A stretch of 62,890 bases of DNA from an uncultured Candidatus Saccharibacteria bacterium (GCA_964361695.1 CAYIBQ010000001.1:1-62890); one strand, 5' to 3'. Shown: positions 28,035-37,931, numbered from the stretch's first letter. Program-made: numbers and translations. The notes: generated from the letters alone by a model not told the origin.

Positions 28035-31000
28035 TTGCTCATTCTCGTGGTGATGTTTTTCGGTTTTCCTCAGTTTTGGCTCGCGACGCCGCCCGAGGCC
28101 CAAGCCGCCGCAGAAGATGCATGGTATGTGGCCGCGAGCGGCACCTATAAATACCGCAAAAAACTGACGCTGGAAGCCGATCTCGTCAGCGGCAGTACGG
28201 ACTTGACCAATTTTCCCGTGCTTGTTGCGTTCACGGACACGGATCTGAAGACCACCGGCAACGGGGGGGATGTTACGGATGCAAACGGCTACGACATCGT
28301 GTTTACGACCGCCGTTGCCACACCAGCGCTCCTTGACCATGAAATAGAAAAGTTTACGGCGTCCACCGGTGAAATCGCGATGTGGGTGGAAATCCCGACG
28401 CTCGGCGGCGCCACGGACACGGATATTTACATGTATTACGGCAACAGCTCCGTTTCCTCGTCCCAGGAAAACATCACGGGCGTGTGGGATTCAAGTTATG
28501 TAGGCGTATGGCATATGAAGGAGACCTCCGGAGCACACCAGGATTCTACGAGCAATAACAATGATTCCACCACGATTGCCGTCACTACGCAGGGCTCCGC
28601 CACGGGGCAAGTGGATGGCGCCGACGATTTTGAATTAAGCAGCGGCAATGAGGTAGACATTGGCGACAGCAATAGTTTGGACATCACCTCGGCCTGGACA
28701 CTTTCGGCATGGATAAACCAGGAGTCACAAAGCACGTATGACACCCTACTCGTGAAATCAACAGGAGCCGATGTTTATAATTACTTTGTGGCCATCAACA
28801 ACGATGAGATCGACGCAGGATTCACCGTAAACACGGCATACCGGGAATGTCAGAGTACGGCGGCAAATCTTGCCGTTGGGACGTGGTACCACGTTACCGC
28901 GACATTCGACAATTCCGGGAACGCCATGGCAATCTACAAAAACGGCGCATCACAATCAGTTGCGAGTCTTTCAGGGAGCGGGTGCACGACGACAAGCGAT
29001 CCTGCAACCAATACAGGGGTTTTGGTTATGGGCGAAGACGCGGCTGATACCCAAAGCTTTGACGGCCTCATTGATGAGGTGCGGATTTCTTCCAGCGTCC
29101 GCTCTGCGGATTGGATCAAAACCGAGTACGACAACATGGCAAATCAAGGCACCGGCGCCGGAAAATTCATAAAGACATTGGGCTCGGAGCAGGCATGGGT
29201 CAATTCAACCGGTTCCTCGGATACTTCGTGGGTAAAAGGCGGAGCTACCGGAAGCAATATTGCGCTTACGGTGAATAACTCCACCAATTCCGCGACCACG
29301 ATCCAATGGATCAAAATCACCCGGCCGTCTTCAAATTATACCATGACAGCCGGGTCAGCGACCGGCTGGAGCGCCGCCGTTACCTCTGCGGATGTTACGT
29401 TTACCGGTAGCACCATTGCCGCAAACGCCTCAACCGCGTTTACCGTAACCGCGACCATCGGGAGTTCCGATGAAGCCCAGACCGCATGGACCATTGACGT
29501 AGATGACGCGACTGACGGCGCGTCATCTACGAGCACGGTCGCTTCATCGGCAAACGCGCTTAAGACGGGTATTGACGCAACCGCGCCAACGGTTACGATG
29601 TCCGGCGTTACGGTAAACAGCGACACCCAGATAACCGCAACCGCAAACACCGCAACCGACGCGAGCTCTGGACTGCACTCTTCGGCTCCATACTGGTTTG
29701 ACGAAACCAGCGGCGGCTCGGGCGCTACGGATTCCACGGCTTGGCAGTCAGCGGTTACGTTTGCCGATACCGGCCTCTCGGCAGGCACCCAATACTGCTA
29801 CCGCGTCAAGGCGCGCGATGCCGTGAGCAACGAGTCATCCTACACGAGCACCTCATGCGGCACCACCACCGGATCTGCCTCCACGGAGGGAGGATCATCG
29901 GGAGTGCCGGGGATCGTATCCGGAGGAGGCGTTGCCGTACAGCTTCCTCCCTTAGAGATCTCGGATGTCGTTGTAGATGCCAGCGTTGATGTCGCCATGA
30001 TTACGTTTATCACGAGCCGTCCCGCCTCGTCATATGTGGAATATGGTCTTACGAATACCTATGGATCCAGCACTCCCAAAAACAATGATTCATTTCAAAA
30101 ACATACTCTCACCGTATCCGCATTGCTTCCCCGGACAGCCTATCATTTTCGCGTCACCACAGAGGACTCGCAGGGAAAGGTTGTCGCTTCAAGGGATACC
30201 ACATTCCTTACGCTCAAAGCGCCCAAACCGGGAATGACGCTCCAGCAGGTGAAAGACGAACAGGCCAAGGAAATCGCGGAGGAGGCCGAGAAAAAAGTGG
30301 AAGAAGAAAAGGCAGAAGAAACGAAGAAACAACAAAGGGAATCTCCGCCTCCCAAGATTACGGGTGTTTCCATCATCGCCGTACGTCCCACCTCGGCAAA
30401 AATCGCTTGGAAAACAGATATTCCCGCCACCTCGCAGGTCTTTTTCGGCGAGCGGCCAAAAGATCTCAACCAGATCACGATTGAATATGCAACACTCGTT
30501 ACCGAGCACAGCGTCACTATTTCCGACCTCACATCCAAGACCGCGTATTACTTCACGGCGGTGTCGCGAAGCGAAAGCGGTGTAGAGGCGACTTCGCCCG
30601 AATCGTCGTTTACCACCGAGTCGCTGGAGATTCAAACCGTCGTTGACATCGCAAAACCAGTACCCCTGCCGCCGGGGTCGCCAGGCACACAGAGTCCGAA
30701 GACCGCGGCTGGCGAGACCGTAACCGTCATACCCATTCTTTCCACGCCGGGTGATGTAGCACCTCCTGAAGTTGTGCTCCTCTCATTTGCGAAAAACCCG
30801 ACGCAGGAGACGTCCCCGCTCATTCGTGGACGCGCGCGAGACGCGCGGGGAGTCATCGCTAGCATCGCGTACTCTACCGATAACGGGGCTACCTGGCATC
30901 CGATAGACGACACCCAGGGCATTGGTTCATCGGCGGCTCAATTTTCTGCGCGCATACCGCACTTGCAAGAGGGCGAGTACAGTATTGTCTTCCGAGCCCG

Positions 31001-32192
31001 TGACAACTCCGGCAATACGGGAAAGTCGGATGCGCGGTCGCTGGTTATAGATATCAAGCCGCCCAGGACGGGTGCGAACGCCTTTACGCTCGGCACGCAA
31101 GTTATTACCCCGTCGGCACACGGCGTTCTTACGACGCTCGCGGGCATTACCCAACGCATCATGCTCTCCGCCGTAGGAGGCGCTACCGCCGTGCAGGTGA
31201 CGACGGACGGCGCTTCGTTCCCGCTCACGTATTCCAAGACCGACAATCTTTGGTTCGGCGATATCACGTTGAAACGCCCCGGCACATACCATCTCTCGGT
31301 AACGGCGGTAGACGGCGCCGGCAGAATGTCACAACGTGAAATTAACACGGTGAAAGTGGCTTCCCCCGGTACGATAACGGACAGTGAAAACGGAACGCCG
31401 ATCGCTGGTGTGCGTGTTTCGCTCTATAACTTTTCTCCTGAATTGAACGATTTTGTCTTATGGCCGGGAGATATCTTTAATCAGGCAAACCCCGCGATCA
31501 CCGGAGAAGACGGTGCATATCGCTTCCTTGTGCCAGTCGGGCGCTATTATATCAAAGCGGAAAAAGAGGGCTACAAACCGTTGTACACCCAAATACGTGA
31601 TTTCCCCAACCACTCCGCGTTGAGCTTTACCATACCGATGCGCCGGAGAGCTACGGTATCACTCCCGCTGGGACCGCAGGGACACATCACGCTACCGGGA
31701 CTCCCTGATTTTCTGGGACACACACGCGTATCCGCATCACCGGACACTGCGTCCGACAGTAGCGTCGGAGCATCCGCGTCTTTGATAGACGCTTTGGCTC
31801 CTCCTTTTTCTCTTTCCGACTCCACAAACCAGCCGGTTGACATCCGATATTTGCGTGGCAAAAAAACCGTATTGACCGCATGGGCAACGTGGTCGCCCCT
31901 CGCACAAATACAAGTGCCCGTTTTAGACGCTCTGGTGAGGGAGGACTCGGACAACGTCAATGTACTCCTGCTCTCATCACAGGAGTCAAGGGGTGTGGTA
32001 GAGACGTATCTGCGTCGCGGTAACTATGACCTGCGGAGCGTCATAGATCAAAATGGAGATCTCTTGGATCTCTACGGCATCACAACGCTGCCACAGCACT
32101 TTTTCCTGGATCGCAGGGGTATTGTCCGGGGCATGCATACGGGATTTATGCAAAAAGAACAGTTGCAAAAGGCGCTCCGTGATATTCCATAG
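28035..32192 (+). CDS. Giant surface protein: DUF2341 plus LamG plus FN3-like repeats plus K/E-rich linker plus carboxypeptidase-regulatory-like domain plus C-terminal thioredoxin-fold domain lacking the CxxC
   Basis: YRKKLTLEADL...NFPVLVAFTD...YDIVFTT...EIAMWVEIPTL...IYMYYGN (DUF2341). LIDEVRISSSVRSADWIKTEY (LamG). Several FN3-like segments (YCYRVKARDAVSNES, YHFRVTTEDSQG, YYFTAVSRSESG). TlpA-like tail KKTVLTAWATWSPLAQ. The track start is a TTG, so the exact start is uncertain. Confidence 0.8.
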   Translation: MLILVVMFFGFPQFWLATPPEAQAAAEDAWYVAASGTYKYRKKLTLEADLVSGSTDLTNFPVLVAFTDTDLKTTGNGGDVTDANGYDIVFTTAVATPALLDHEIEKFTASTGEIAMWVEIPTLGGATDTDIYMYYGNSSVSSSQENITGVWDSSYVGVWHMKETSGAHQDSTSNNNDSTTIAVTTQGSATGQVDGADDFELSSGNEVDIGDSNSLDITSAWTLSAWINQESQSTYDTLLVKSTGADVYNYFVAINNDEIDAGFTVNTAYRECQSTAANLAVGTWYHVTATFDNSGNAMAIYKNGASQSVASLSGSGCTTTSDPATNTGVLVMGEDAADTQSFDGLIDEVRISSSVRSADWIKTEYDNMANQGTGAGKFIKTLGSEQAWVNSTGSSDTSWVKGGATGSNIALTVNNSTNSATTIQWIKITRPSSNYTMTAGSATGWSAAVTSADVTFTGSTIAANASTAFTVTATIGSSDEAQTAWTIDVDDATDGASSTSTVASSANALKTGIDATAPTVTMSGVTVNSDTQITATANTATDASSGLHSSAPYWFDETSGGSGATDSTAWQSAVTFADTGLSAGTQYCYRVKARDAVSNESSYTSTSCGTTTGSASTEGGSSGVPGIVSGGGVAVQLPPLEISDVVVDASVDVAMITFITSRPASSYVEYGLTNTYGSSTPKNNDSFQKHTLTVSALLPRTAYHFRVTTEDSQGKVVASRDTTFLTLKAPKPGMTLQQVKDEQAKEIAEEAEKKVEEEKAEETKKQQRESPPPKITGVSIIAVRPTSAKIAWKTDIPATSQVFFGERPKDLNQITIEYATLVTEHSVTISDLTSKTAYYFTAVSRSESGVEATSPESSFTTESLEIQTVVDIAKPVPLPPGSPGTQSPKTAAGETVTVIPILSTPGDVAPPEVVLLSFAKNPTQETSPLIRGRARDARGVIASIAYSTDNGATWHPIDDTQGIGSSAAQFSARIPHLQEGEYSIVFRARDNSGNTGKSDARSLVIDIKPPRTGANAFTLGTQVITPSAHGVLTTLAGITQRIMLSAVGGATAVQVTTDGASFPLTYSKTDNLWFGDITLKRPGTYHLSVTAVDGAGRMSQREINTVKVASPGTITDSENGTPIAGVRVSLYNFSPELNDFVLWPGDIFNQANPAITGEDGAYRFLVPVGRYYIKAEKEGYKPLYTQIRDFPNHSALSFTIPMRRRATVSLPLGPQGHITLPGLPDFLGHTRVSASPDTASDSSVGASASLIDALAPPFSLSDSTNQPVDIRYLRGKKTVLTAWATWSPLAQIQVPVLDALVREDSDNVNVLLLSSQESRGVVETYLRRGNYDLRSVIDQNGDLLDLYGITTLPQHFFLDRRGIVRGMHTGFMQKEQLQKALRDIP

Positions 32193-32282
32193 GCCTTTGA
32201 GGTTGTAGCTTCTTTTGTTTTCAGGTATCATAGAGCCATATATACCGGAACCTGATAAGCCAAAAACACACAACGTGACGTT

Positions 32283-33965
32283 ATGTGGGAACAGTTTTGG
32301 ATCAGAAACGCGCACTACATCCTTGAAACATTTTTCTCGTTTTCCCTGCTGATGGCCGGGTGGATTTATATTGATGGATGGATACTAGAGCGCAAAGCAA
32401 AGACGCTGATTCGCGCCGCGGGGTTTCTTACTATGGCCGTGTGGGCAATGCTTGACGCCGCACCGCTTCCGATCATCCGGGACGCGCTCATTGACGTTAT
32501 TGGTCTTGCCGGTTTTGTCCTGTTACTGATAAGTTTGCTCATTGACCCGGTACCGGTGCGGCCTGGTGCGCGGCCGCCGCGTATCTTTGGCCGGCAATGG
32601 ATAACTGCCCTATGGGCAGTACTCGGCATTGGCTTGGTGTTGTTGGTCCTTCCTTATATACCCATCGTGCGTTTGTTCCCATCTTTCTCCGCTCTCACGC
32701 CTTGGGCAGTACCTGCGCGAATACTCCTGGAGCCACGCATGTGGATGCTTGTTGTGGCAGGATTTATCACTTTCTTTTTCCATCTTCACTATGAGCAAGG
32801 TATCCAGCGTGAGTGGAAATCTATTTATTATTCCCTTCTTTTTATTGCCATTTCGCTCGTCTTTGCGGTGGCAACTTTGTGGCAGAGCTCTTCACATGTA
32901 CTCCTCGCACGCATGTTGGCGCCCTATCATCTTATCTGGATCATTGAGCACGCCGTCAAACTAATCGGCGCACTGTTTTTGGGATCGTGGGCGTGGGGAT
33001 TTATCAGATTCCGCGTATTTCCCCAGATTTTTTCCAGCTTTGTGGCGCTTGCCTTTATGACATTCATGCTTTCGACGATCACCTATACTGGCTTCATGCT
33101 GACGCGCGTTAATGCGAGTACCGCTGATGATCTTCAGACCAACGTACGGACGCTGGAGTTTGCGTTGGGAAAAGTCAAAGAATCCGCCGTCCTCGCGGCG
33201 CGCATTACTGCGGCCAATCCGCAGATTCGCGAGGCGATACGCCTGGGGGATCGTAACGCTTTGTTCCAGAATCTTAACACCTTGATGTTTGAAAACAAGA
33301 CTGATTTCATGATGGCGGTGAACACGGGCGGCGAGGTGGTTATTCGCGCGGAAGATCGCGATCGTTTTGGCGACTCACTCGCGGACGATCCGGTAGTATG
33401 GCGGGCGCTGGACGGCAAGGCCGTCGTCACCACCACCGCACGCAAGGACATCGCAGCGCCTACGGTTTCTATCCGCGCCGCAAGCCCTATTGTGGATGCT
33501 TCCAAATCGGGCGAGCCGGAAGTCATCGGAGCGATAGTCACCGGCTATCTGCTGGATCTTGCCTTTGTAGACGGCATCAAAGACCTGACGAATCTTGACA
33601 TTACGATCTATGCGAGCGATACAAGCGCCGCAACTACATTTGTCATATCCGACACTGGCATGCGCCTCCTGGGAGCGCGCGAGACAAACCGCTCGATCAC
33701 CGACACAGTCTTGAAAAAAGGCGGCTCCTATCTCGGCTCATCATCAGTACTCAATCAGCCCTTCCTGGCCGCTTATATCCCGCTCAAAGACGTGGAGAGC
33801 ACGACGATTGGTATGCTTTTCACCGGACGCTCCCAAGCCACAATCCTGGCGCTTGCCGCTGACACCATGCGCCTTTCTTTCTCCATATCCATACTTCTCA
33901 TGCTCCTGTCCGTTGTCCCACTCTGGCTGCTTTCCAAATTCATCACGTACAATCAGAACGTCTGA
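32283..33965 (+). CDS. Polytopic membrane protein with extracytoplasmic Cache/PDC-like sensor domain and no recognisable output domain
   Basis: About 8 N-terminal TM helices, then a soluble region (NALFQNLNTLMFENKTDFMMAVNTGGEVVIRAEDRDRFGDSL...SIRAASPIVD...IVTGYLLD), then a final TM helix. Confidence 0.6.
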   Translation: MWEQFWIRNAHYILETFFSFSLLMAGWIYIDGWILERKAKTLIRAAGFLTMAVWAMLDAAPLPIIRDALIDVIGLAGFVLLLISLLIDPVPVRPGARPPRIFGRQWITALWAVLGIGLVLLVLPYIPIVRLFPSFSALTPWAVPARILLEPRMWMLVVAGFITFFFHLHYEQGIQREWKSIYYSLLFIAISLVFAVATLWQSSSHVLLARMLAPYHLIWIIEHAVKLIGALFLGSWAWGFIRFRVFPQIFSSFVALAFMTFMLSTITYTGFMLTRVNASTADDLQTNVRTLEFALGKVKESAVLAARITAANPQIREAIRLGDRNALFQNLNTLMFENKTDFMMAVNTGGEVVIRAEDRDRFGDSLADDPVVWRALDGKAVVTTTARKDIAAPTVSIRAASPIVDASKSGEPEVIGAIVTGYLLDLAFVDGIKDLTNLDITIYASDTSAATTFVISDTGMRLLGARETNRSITDTVLKKGGSYLGSSSVLNQPFLAAYIPLKDVESTTIGMLFTGRSQATILALAADTMRLSFSISILLMLLSVVPLWLLSKFITYNQNV

Positions 33966-34032
33966 CCGATCCTCCACAGCGCGGGCACGATACAATCCCC
34001 CGGCGTACGCCGGGGGATTGTATTATTCGGTA

Positions 34033-34887
34033 TTACCAGATCATTTCGTTGGGAGATGCGCCGTCTTCAGCCGCTTCCTTTTTCTTCTCCGGCTTTGCCA
34101 CGGCTTTGGGCTCGGACGGTACCTGCTCCTGCTTCGGCTTCGGCTTTTCCTCGGGCTTCTTATCCTGCTTCTGTTCCGGCTCTTTTGGACGGGGAACTTC
34201 AGCGACAACTGGTTTTTTTATCTCCTCCGCCGACCCGTCTTCATCCTCCGACTCTTCGTCGGCCGCCTCGCGTACGGTCGGGTGCACCGACCGCGATGTT
34301 TTTGCTTTGACGGACTGTTTAGCCTTCTTCGCCTTGACGCCATCCACCGGCGCTTCTTTTTCTTCTCCGGCATCCTCGGCATTATCCGCTTCTTTTTTCG
34401 ATTCCTGGGCTTTGGCGCTTCCCTCGGCCGCCGCCTGTTGCTCCGTGTTCTCCAGAACGCGCGCGGCGCCTCCGAGGGATTCAGCCGCCGTCTTGGGAAT
34501 CTCCCGTGAATGGGTATAGCCCGCCAGGACCTCCTTTACTTTGGCGATGACCTCGTCCGGGCGATACGCGGACTTTACAAGATATGCCACAGCCCCCAGT
34601 TCCAGGCCGCGTTCAATATCATCTTGCGTGCCACCGAGATTCGTGAGAATTACTACCGGTGTTTTTGCAGTCGTCGGATCAGATTTCAAACGCTCCAATA
34701 CTTGCAGGCCGTTGAGCTTGGGCATCATAATGTCCAGCAACACAAGATCCGGGCGAAACGAGCGCACCTTTACGAGTCCGTCCTCGCCGTCCACCGCAAC
34801 CAACGCCTCATACCCGTCGTTCACGAGCTTGCGCTGGTACATGCGTACCATCAACGGATCATCTTCTATGAGAAGCACTTTTGCCAT
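34033..34887 (-). CDS. Response regulator receiver domain with a ~150-aa K/E/P/A-rich low-complexity C-terminal tail
   Basis: MAKVLLIEDD...DLVLLDIMMPKLNG...ILTNLG...K, followed by AKAQESKKEADNAEDAGEEKE...KAKKAKQSVKAKT...PEEKPKPKQEQ...KPEKKKE. I start it at the internal ATG 34887. The track ORF extends to 34926. Confidence 0.8.
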   Translation of the reverse strand: MAKVLLIEDDPLMVRMYQRKLVNDGYEALVAVDGEDGLVKVRSFRPDLVLLDIMMPKLNGLQVLERLKSDPTTAKTPVVILTNLGGTQDDIERGLELGAVAYLVKSAYRPDEVIAKVKEVLAGYTHSREIPKTAAESLGGAARVLENTEQQAAAEGSAKAQESKKEADNAEDAGEEKEAPVDGVKAKKAKQSVKAKTSRSVHPTVREAADEESEDEDGSAEEIKKPVVAEVPRPKEPEQKQDKKPEEKPKPKQEQVPSEPKAVAKPEKKKEAAEDGASPNEMIW

Positions 34888-34957
34888 AGTTGCATACAAA
34901 ATACTATAGTGCGCCATCAAGCACAAGCGGCTTGTTGTACACAGGGAAGCCCGTGGT

Positions 34958-35968
34958 CTAATCTATGGAGCCGCCCGATGGTCTACTTCTTCCGGCGTCG
35001 GCTTCCGCCTCCAAAAATCGCTCGTGAAAGCGCCGTAGCGCCGCGGCGCGGGGGCTTCCCGCGCGCGGCAGACGGAAAAAAAACGTGGCGCCCTTGCCCA
35101 GTCCCGGCGATTCCATCCACACCTCACCCCCCAACTTTTCTATCAATTGATGCACCAAATTCAGGCCGAGACCGGTACCCCGATGCACATCCAGAAGACC
35201 CATATCTATCTGCGGAAAGCGTTTAAAAAGCTTTGGTTGGTCTTCGCCACGCACGCCCATACCCATATCCTGCACCGAGACCTTTACGGTGTCTTGCTCA
35301 TCCCAGGCCGTGAGCGTGATATGCCCTCCGGCTGGCGTGAACTTTAGCGCATTGCTAAGGAAATTGTCTATAATCTGGAAAATACGGTTTCTATCGGAAA
35401 AAACGAGTGAGGATGTCTCCGGGTAGTGAAGGGAAAAAATAAGACCCTTTCGCCTGAGAACCGGCTCAAATTCTTTTTGTATGGTTTGAAGGATTTCCTT
35501 GATATCTATCTCCTCAAGCACGAACCGCATACGCCCGCTCTCAATCCGAGAGATGTCAAGCATGTCATTGACCAATCTGGTAAGGCGATCCGCTCCCATC
35601 AGTGCGTCCGCAAGATATTCGCTCGTGCGCACAGGCAACACCCCGGTCTCTCCCTTTAGCACCATGTCTATATTGCCTCTGATAACGTCCAGGGGCGTGC
35701 GTAACTCATGATTGGTGATCCTGATGAAGTCATCTTTGGAGCGAGAAGCATCGCGCGACGCCTGAATTTCTTCGCGCAGGTCCTTTACCCTCGCCGCTAC
35801 GTCCAGCTCCACGCGGGTCTTTGCGTCCTGAAGGTCGGCCGCGCACGCGATAAGGCGTCTTTTCAGTCCGGCAACCGTGTCTTTTCCATGTCCGATGCGG
35901 ACTGACGATTCTTGGCGGGTATTTCGCGTCTGCGTTCCCGCGCTTCCTTTCTTTCGGGCTATTTTCAT
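34958..35968 (-). CDS. Cytoplasmic histidine kinase (coiled coil plus HisKA plus HATPase_c)
   Basis: H-box ITNHELRTPL, and GMGVRGED plus GTGLGLNLV. Confidence 0.85.
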   Translation of the reverse strand: MKIARKKGSAGTQTRNTRQESSVRIGHGKDTVAGLKRRLIACAADLQDAKTRVELDVAARVKDLREEIQASRDASRSKDDFIRITNHELRTPLDVIRGNIDMVLKGETGVLPVRTSEYLADALMGADRLTRLVNDMLDISRIESGRMRFVLEEIDIKEILQTIQKEFEPVLRRKGLIFSLHYPETSSLVFSDRNRIFQIIDNFLSNALKFTPAGGHITLTAWDEQDTVKVSVQDMGMGVRGEDQPKLFKRFPQIDMGLLDVHRGTGLGLNLVHQLIEKLGGEVWMESPGLGKGATFFFRLPRAGSPRAAALRRFHERFLEAEADAGRSRPSGGSID

Positions 35969-35985
35969 GAAGCAGGTGTAAACCG

Positions 35986-36435
35986 CTATCTCCCTGACGT
36001 ACCTGCGCTTGGGGTGAGCGTTATAGGCTTGTCGCCGGCATACGATGCCACCACCTCACACACCTTTGCCGCAACCTCTCTGGGCGTATACTGGACCTTC
36101 ACCATATACAAAACGGCTCCTTCCTCAAGTGCTTTCTCCACATCTTCAGTGTCCGCCAGATTAGTGAGCATGATGATGGGCGTACGCTTAAACGCCTCGT
36201 GTCCTTTCATGAAGCGCAAAACATCAAGACCGTTTTTCTTGGGCATCATAATGTCCAGCAATACCGCAGCTGGCATGACGCCTTCTTCTCTCATTTTTTC
36301 CAGTTTTTCTATCGCCTGCTCCCCGTCAAACGCAAGCTCCACAGAAAAACCCGCGGCCTTGAGCGCCTCCATGTGGAGGCCTGCAATGAGCGCGTCATCA
36401 TCCGCCAGAAGAATTTTCTTCCCGTTATCAGGCAT
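35986..36435 (-). CDS. Single-domain response regulator
   Basis: ILLADDD...AVLLDIMMPKKNG...MLTNL...K. Confidence 0.85.
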   Translation of the reverse strand: MPDNGKKILLADDDALIAGLHMEALKAAGFSVELAFDGEQAIEKLEKMREEGVMPAAVLLDIMMPKKNGLDVLRFMKGHEAFKRTPIIMLTNLADTEDVEKALEEGAVLYMVKVQYTPREVAAKVCEVVASYAGDKPITLTPSAGTSGR

Positions 36436-36461
36436 ACCAATACCGATCCTTTATAGTGTCG

Positions 36462-36490
36462 ATCATAGAAGTATTCCCCCCTCACGTCAA
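36462..36490 (-). promoter_or_regulatory. Sigma70-like promoter candidate (TTGACG-17 nt-TATGAT on minus strand) for 35986..36435
   Basis: Minus strand reads TTATCCACActattccgTTGACGtgaggggggaatacttcTATGAT. The -10 box lies 27 nt upstream of the ATG. Confidence 0.45.
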
Positions 36491-36498
36491 CGGAATAG

Positions 36499-36507
36499 TG
36501 TGGATAA
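36499..36507 (-). promoter_or_regulatory. DnaA-box-identical 9-mer (TTATCCACA on minus strand), 9 nt upstream of the -35 hexamer
   Basis: Plus strand reads tagTGTGGATAActg. Confidence 0.4.
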
Positions 36508-36578
36508 CTGTTTCTCCCCTGCCACCCCTTTCTCTGCTCCCGCTTGTAAAGCGTAGCGCGGTTTTTTCGGCATTCTCA

Positions 36579-36627
36579 TTTGAAAATCTTCGTCCCGACC
36601 CGGCGAGGCGGGACGAAGATTTTCAAA
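36579..36627 (-). terminator. Perfect 19-bp-stem hairpin downstream of rpoD
   Basis: TTTGAAAATCTTCGTCCCG (36579..36597), an 11-nt loop, then CGGGACGAAGATTTTCAAA (36609..36627). It starts 59 nt past the rpoD stop. No clean U-tract on the minus strand. Confidence 0.55.
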
Positions 36628-36685
36628 CAGGCGGGGCGAAAACAACTGCGCCGAAACGCGTGGGCGGAGAGGGGGAGGGGGAGGA

Positions 36686-37909
36686 TTAATACCCTTCCAA
36701 TTTCTTTGCTGTTCTGTGGTTACGAATCCTTTCCAACGCCTTTGCCTCAATCTGGCGGATGCGCTCGCGCGTGACGCCGAATTCGCGCCCCACTTCTTCA
36801 AGCGTATGCGTAATGCCGTCTTCCAGTCCAAACCGCAAGGAGAGGATTTTTTGCTCTCTGGGCGTCAGTTCTCGTATCACGCTCATCAACTGGTCGCGCA
36901 GGAGCCGGCGCGCCGCGTGTTGTGCCGGAGAAATGGTCTTCTCATCCACGATAAATTCACCCAGCACCGAGTCCTCGTCATCCTCGCCAACCGGCGCTTC
37001 CAGAGACACCGTGTCCTGGGCGATTTTTTCTATGTGCCGTATTTTTTCCACCTCCATGCCCATCTCCGCCGCGATTTCCTCGGACAACGGCTCGCGCCCC
37101 AGATCCTGCAGGAGCCGCCGCTTCATCTGCTGATACTTTGAAATCGTCTCCACCATGTGTACGGGGATGCGGATGGTGCGGGCCTGGTCTGCCAACGCGC
37201 GCGTGATGGCTTGCCGTATCCACCACGTGGCATAGGTTGAAAATTTGTACCCGCGGCGGTAATCAAATTTTTCCACGGCCTTGAACAACCCCACATTTCC
37301 TTCCTGCACGAGATCCAACAGCGTGAGATGCGGCGACCTGCCCACATACCGCTTGGCAATAGATACCACCAGCCGCAGGTTTGCCTGCGTCAGTTTCTTG
37401 CGCGCTTCCTCGTCGCCTTTTTCAATTTTGCGCGCGAGATCCTTTTCCTCGTCCGCGGAGATCAGGGGTATTTTTCCTATTTCGCGCAAATACATCTGCA
37501 CCGAGTCCTGTGCTAACTGGTCAAAGTCCATGGACTCCTCGCGGCTCCGTTTTTTGGACGTGGTTTTTTCTTTTTCTCCATCGCCGATGAATTCCTTGGA
37601 TTCCAGCACCTCAATGTGCTCCTTTTCAAACCGCTCGTACAAGTCCTCCAGAAGCAGTACATCGTCCTCAATCATCGGGAAATAATAGAGAATCTCCGCA
37701 TACGTCACAAATCCCCTGTCTCTCCCGCGCGACAACAGCGCTGTGATTTTCTGCTCGGCTTCCTTCGCCGCACTCATGGGCGCGCGCCGCACGACCTGTT
37801 TTTTGCCGACAGCGCCATGAGCCGCCGGACGCTTGTGCCGCGCCACGGCTTTTTTCATCGGTTTTTTTGTCGCCAGTTTTTTCTTTTGTTTTTGCCTAGT
37901 TTTTGCCAT
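36686..37909 (-). CDS. rpoD: RNA polymerase primary sigma factor RpoD
   Basis: Region 2 [13 protein letters not shown]. Region 4.2 [25 protein letters not shown] start it at [11 protein letters not shown] (37909), 22 nt after the dnaG stop. The track ORF extends to 38035 and overlaps dnaG. Confidence 0.9.
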   Translation of the reverse strand: MAKTRQKQKKKLATKKPMKKAVARHKRPAAHGAVGKKQVVRRAPMSAAKEAEQKITALLSRGRDRGFVTYAEILYYFPMIEDDVLLLEDLYERFEKEHIEVLESKEFIGDGEKEKTTSKKRSREESMDFDQLAQDSVQMYLREIGKIPLISADEEKDLARKIEKGDEEARKKLTQANLRLVVSIAKRYVGRSPHLTLLDLVQEGNVGLFKAVEKFDYRRGYKFSTYATWWIRQAITRALADQARTIRIPVHMVETISKYQQMKRRLLQDLGREPLSEEIAAEMGMEVEKIRHIEKIAQDTVSLEAPVGEDDEDSVLGEFIVDEKTISPAQHAARRLLRDQLMSVIRELTPREQKILSLRFGLEDGITHTLEEVGREFGVTRERIRQIEAKALERIRNHRTAKKLEGY

Positions 37910-37931
37910 AGGTATGGTGAGTATAAACATA

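Noticed and set aside
3977-36507. The TTATCCACA copies as a replication origin
   Set aside because: The boxes are single copies spread over 33 kb, each in a different promoter region. There is no AT-rich unwinding element, no box cluster, and no dnaA/dnaN nearby in the window.
36655-36685. G-rich tract GGGCGGAGAGGGGGAGGGGGAGG as a G-quadruplex regulator
   Set aside because: It is a single short tract directly after the rpoD stop with no supporting context. It cannot be evaluated from sequence alone.
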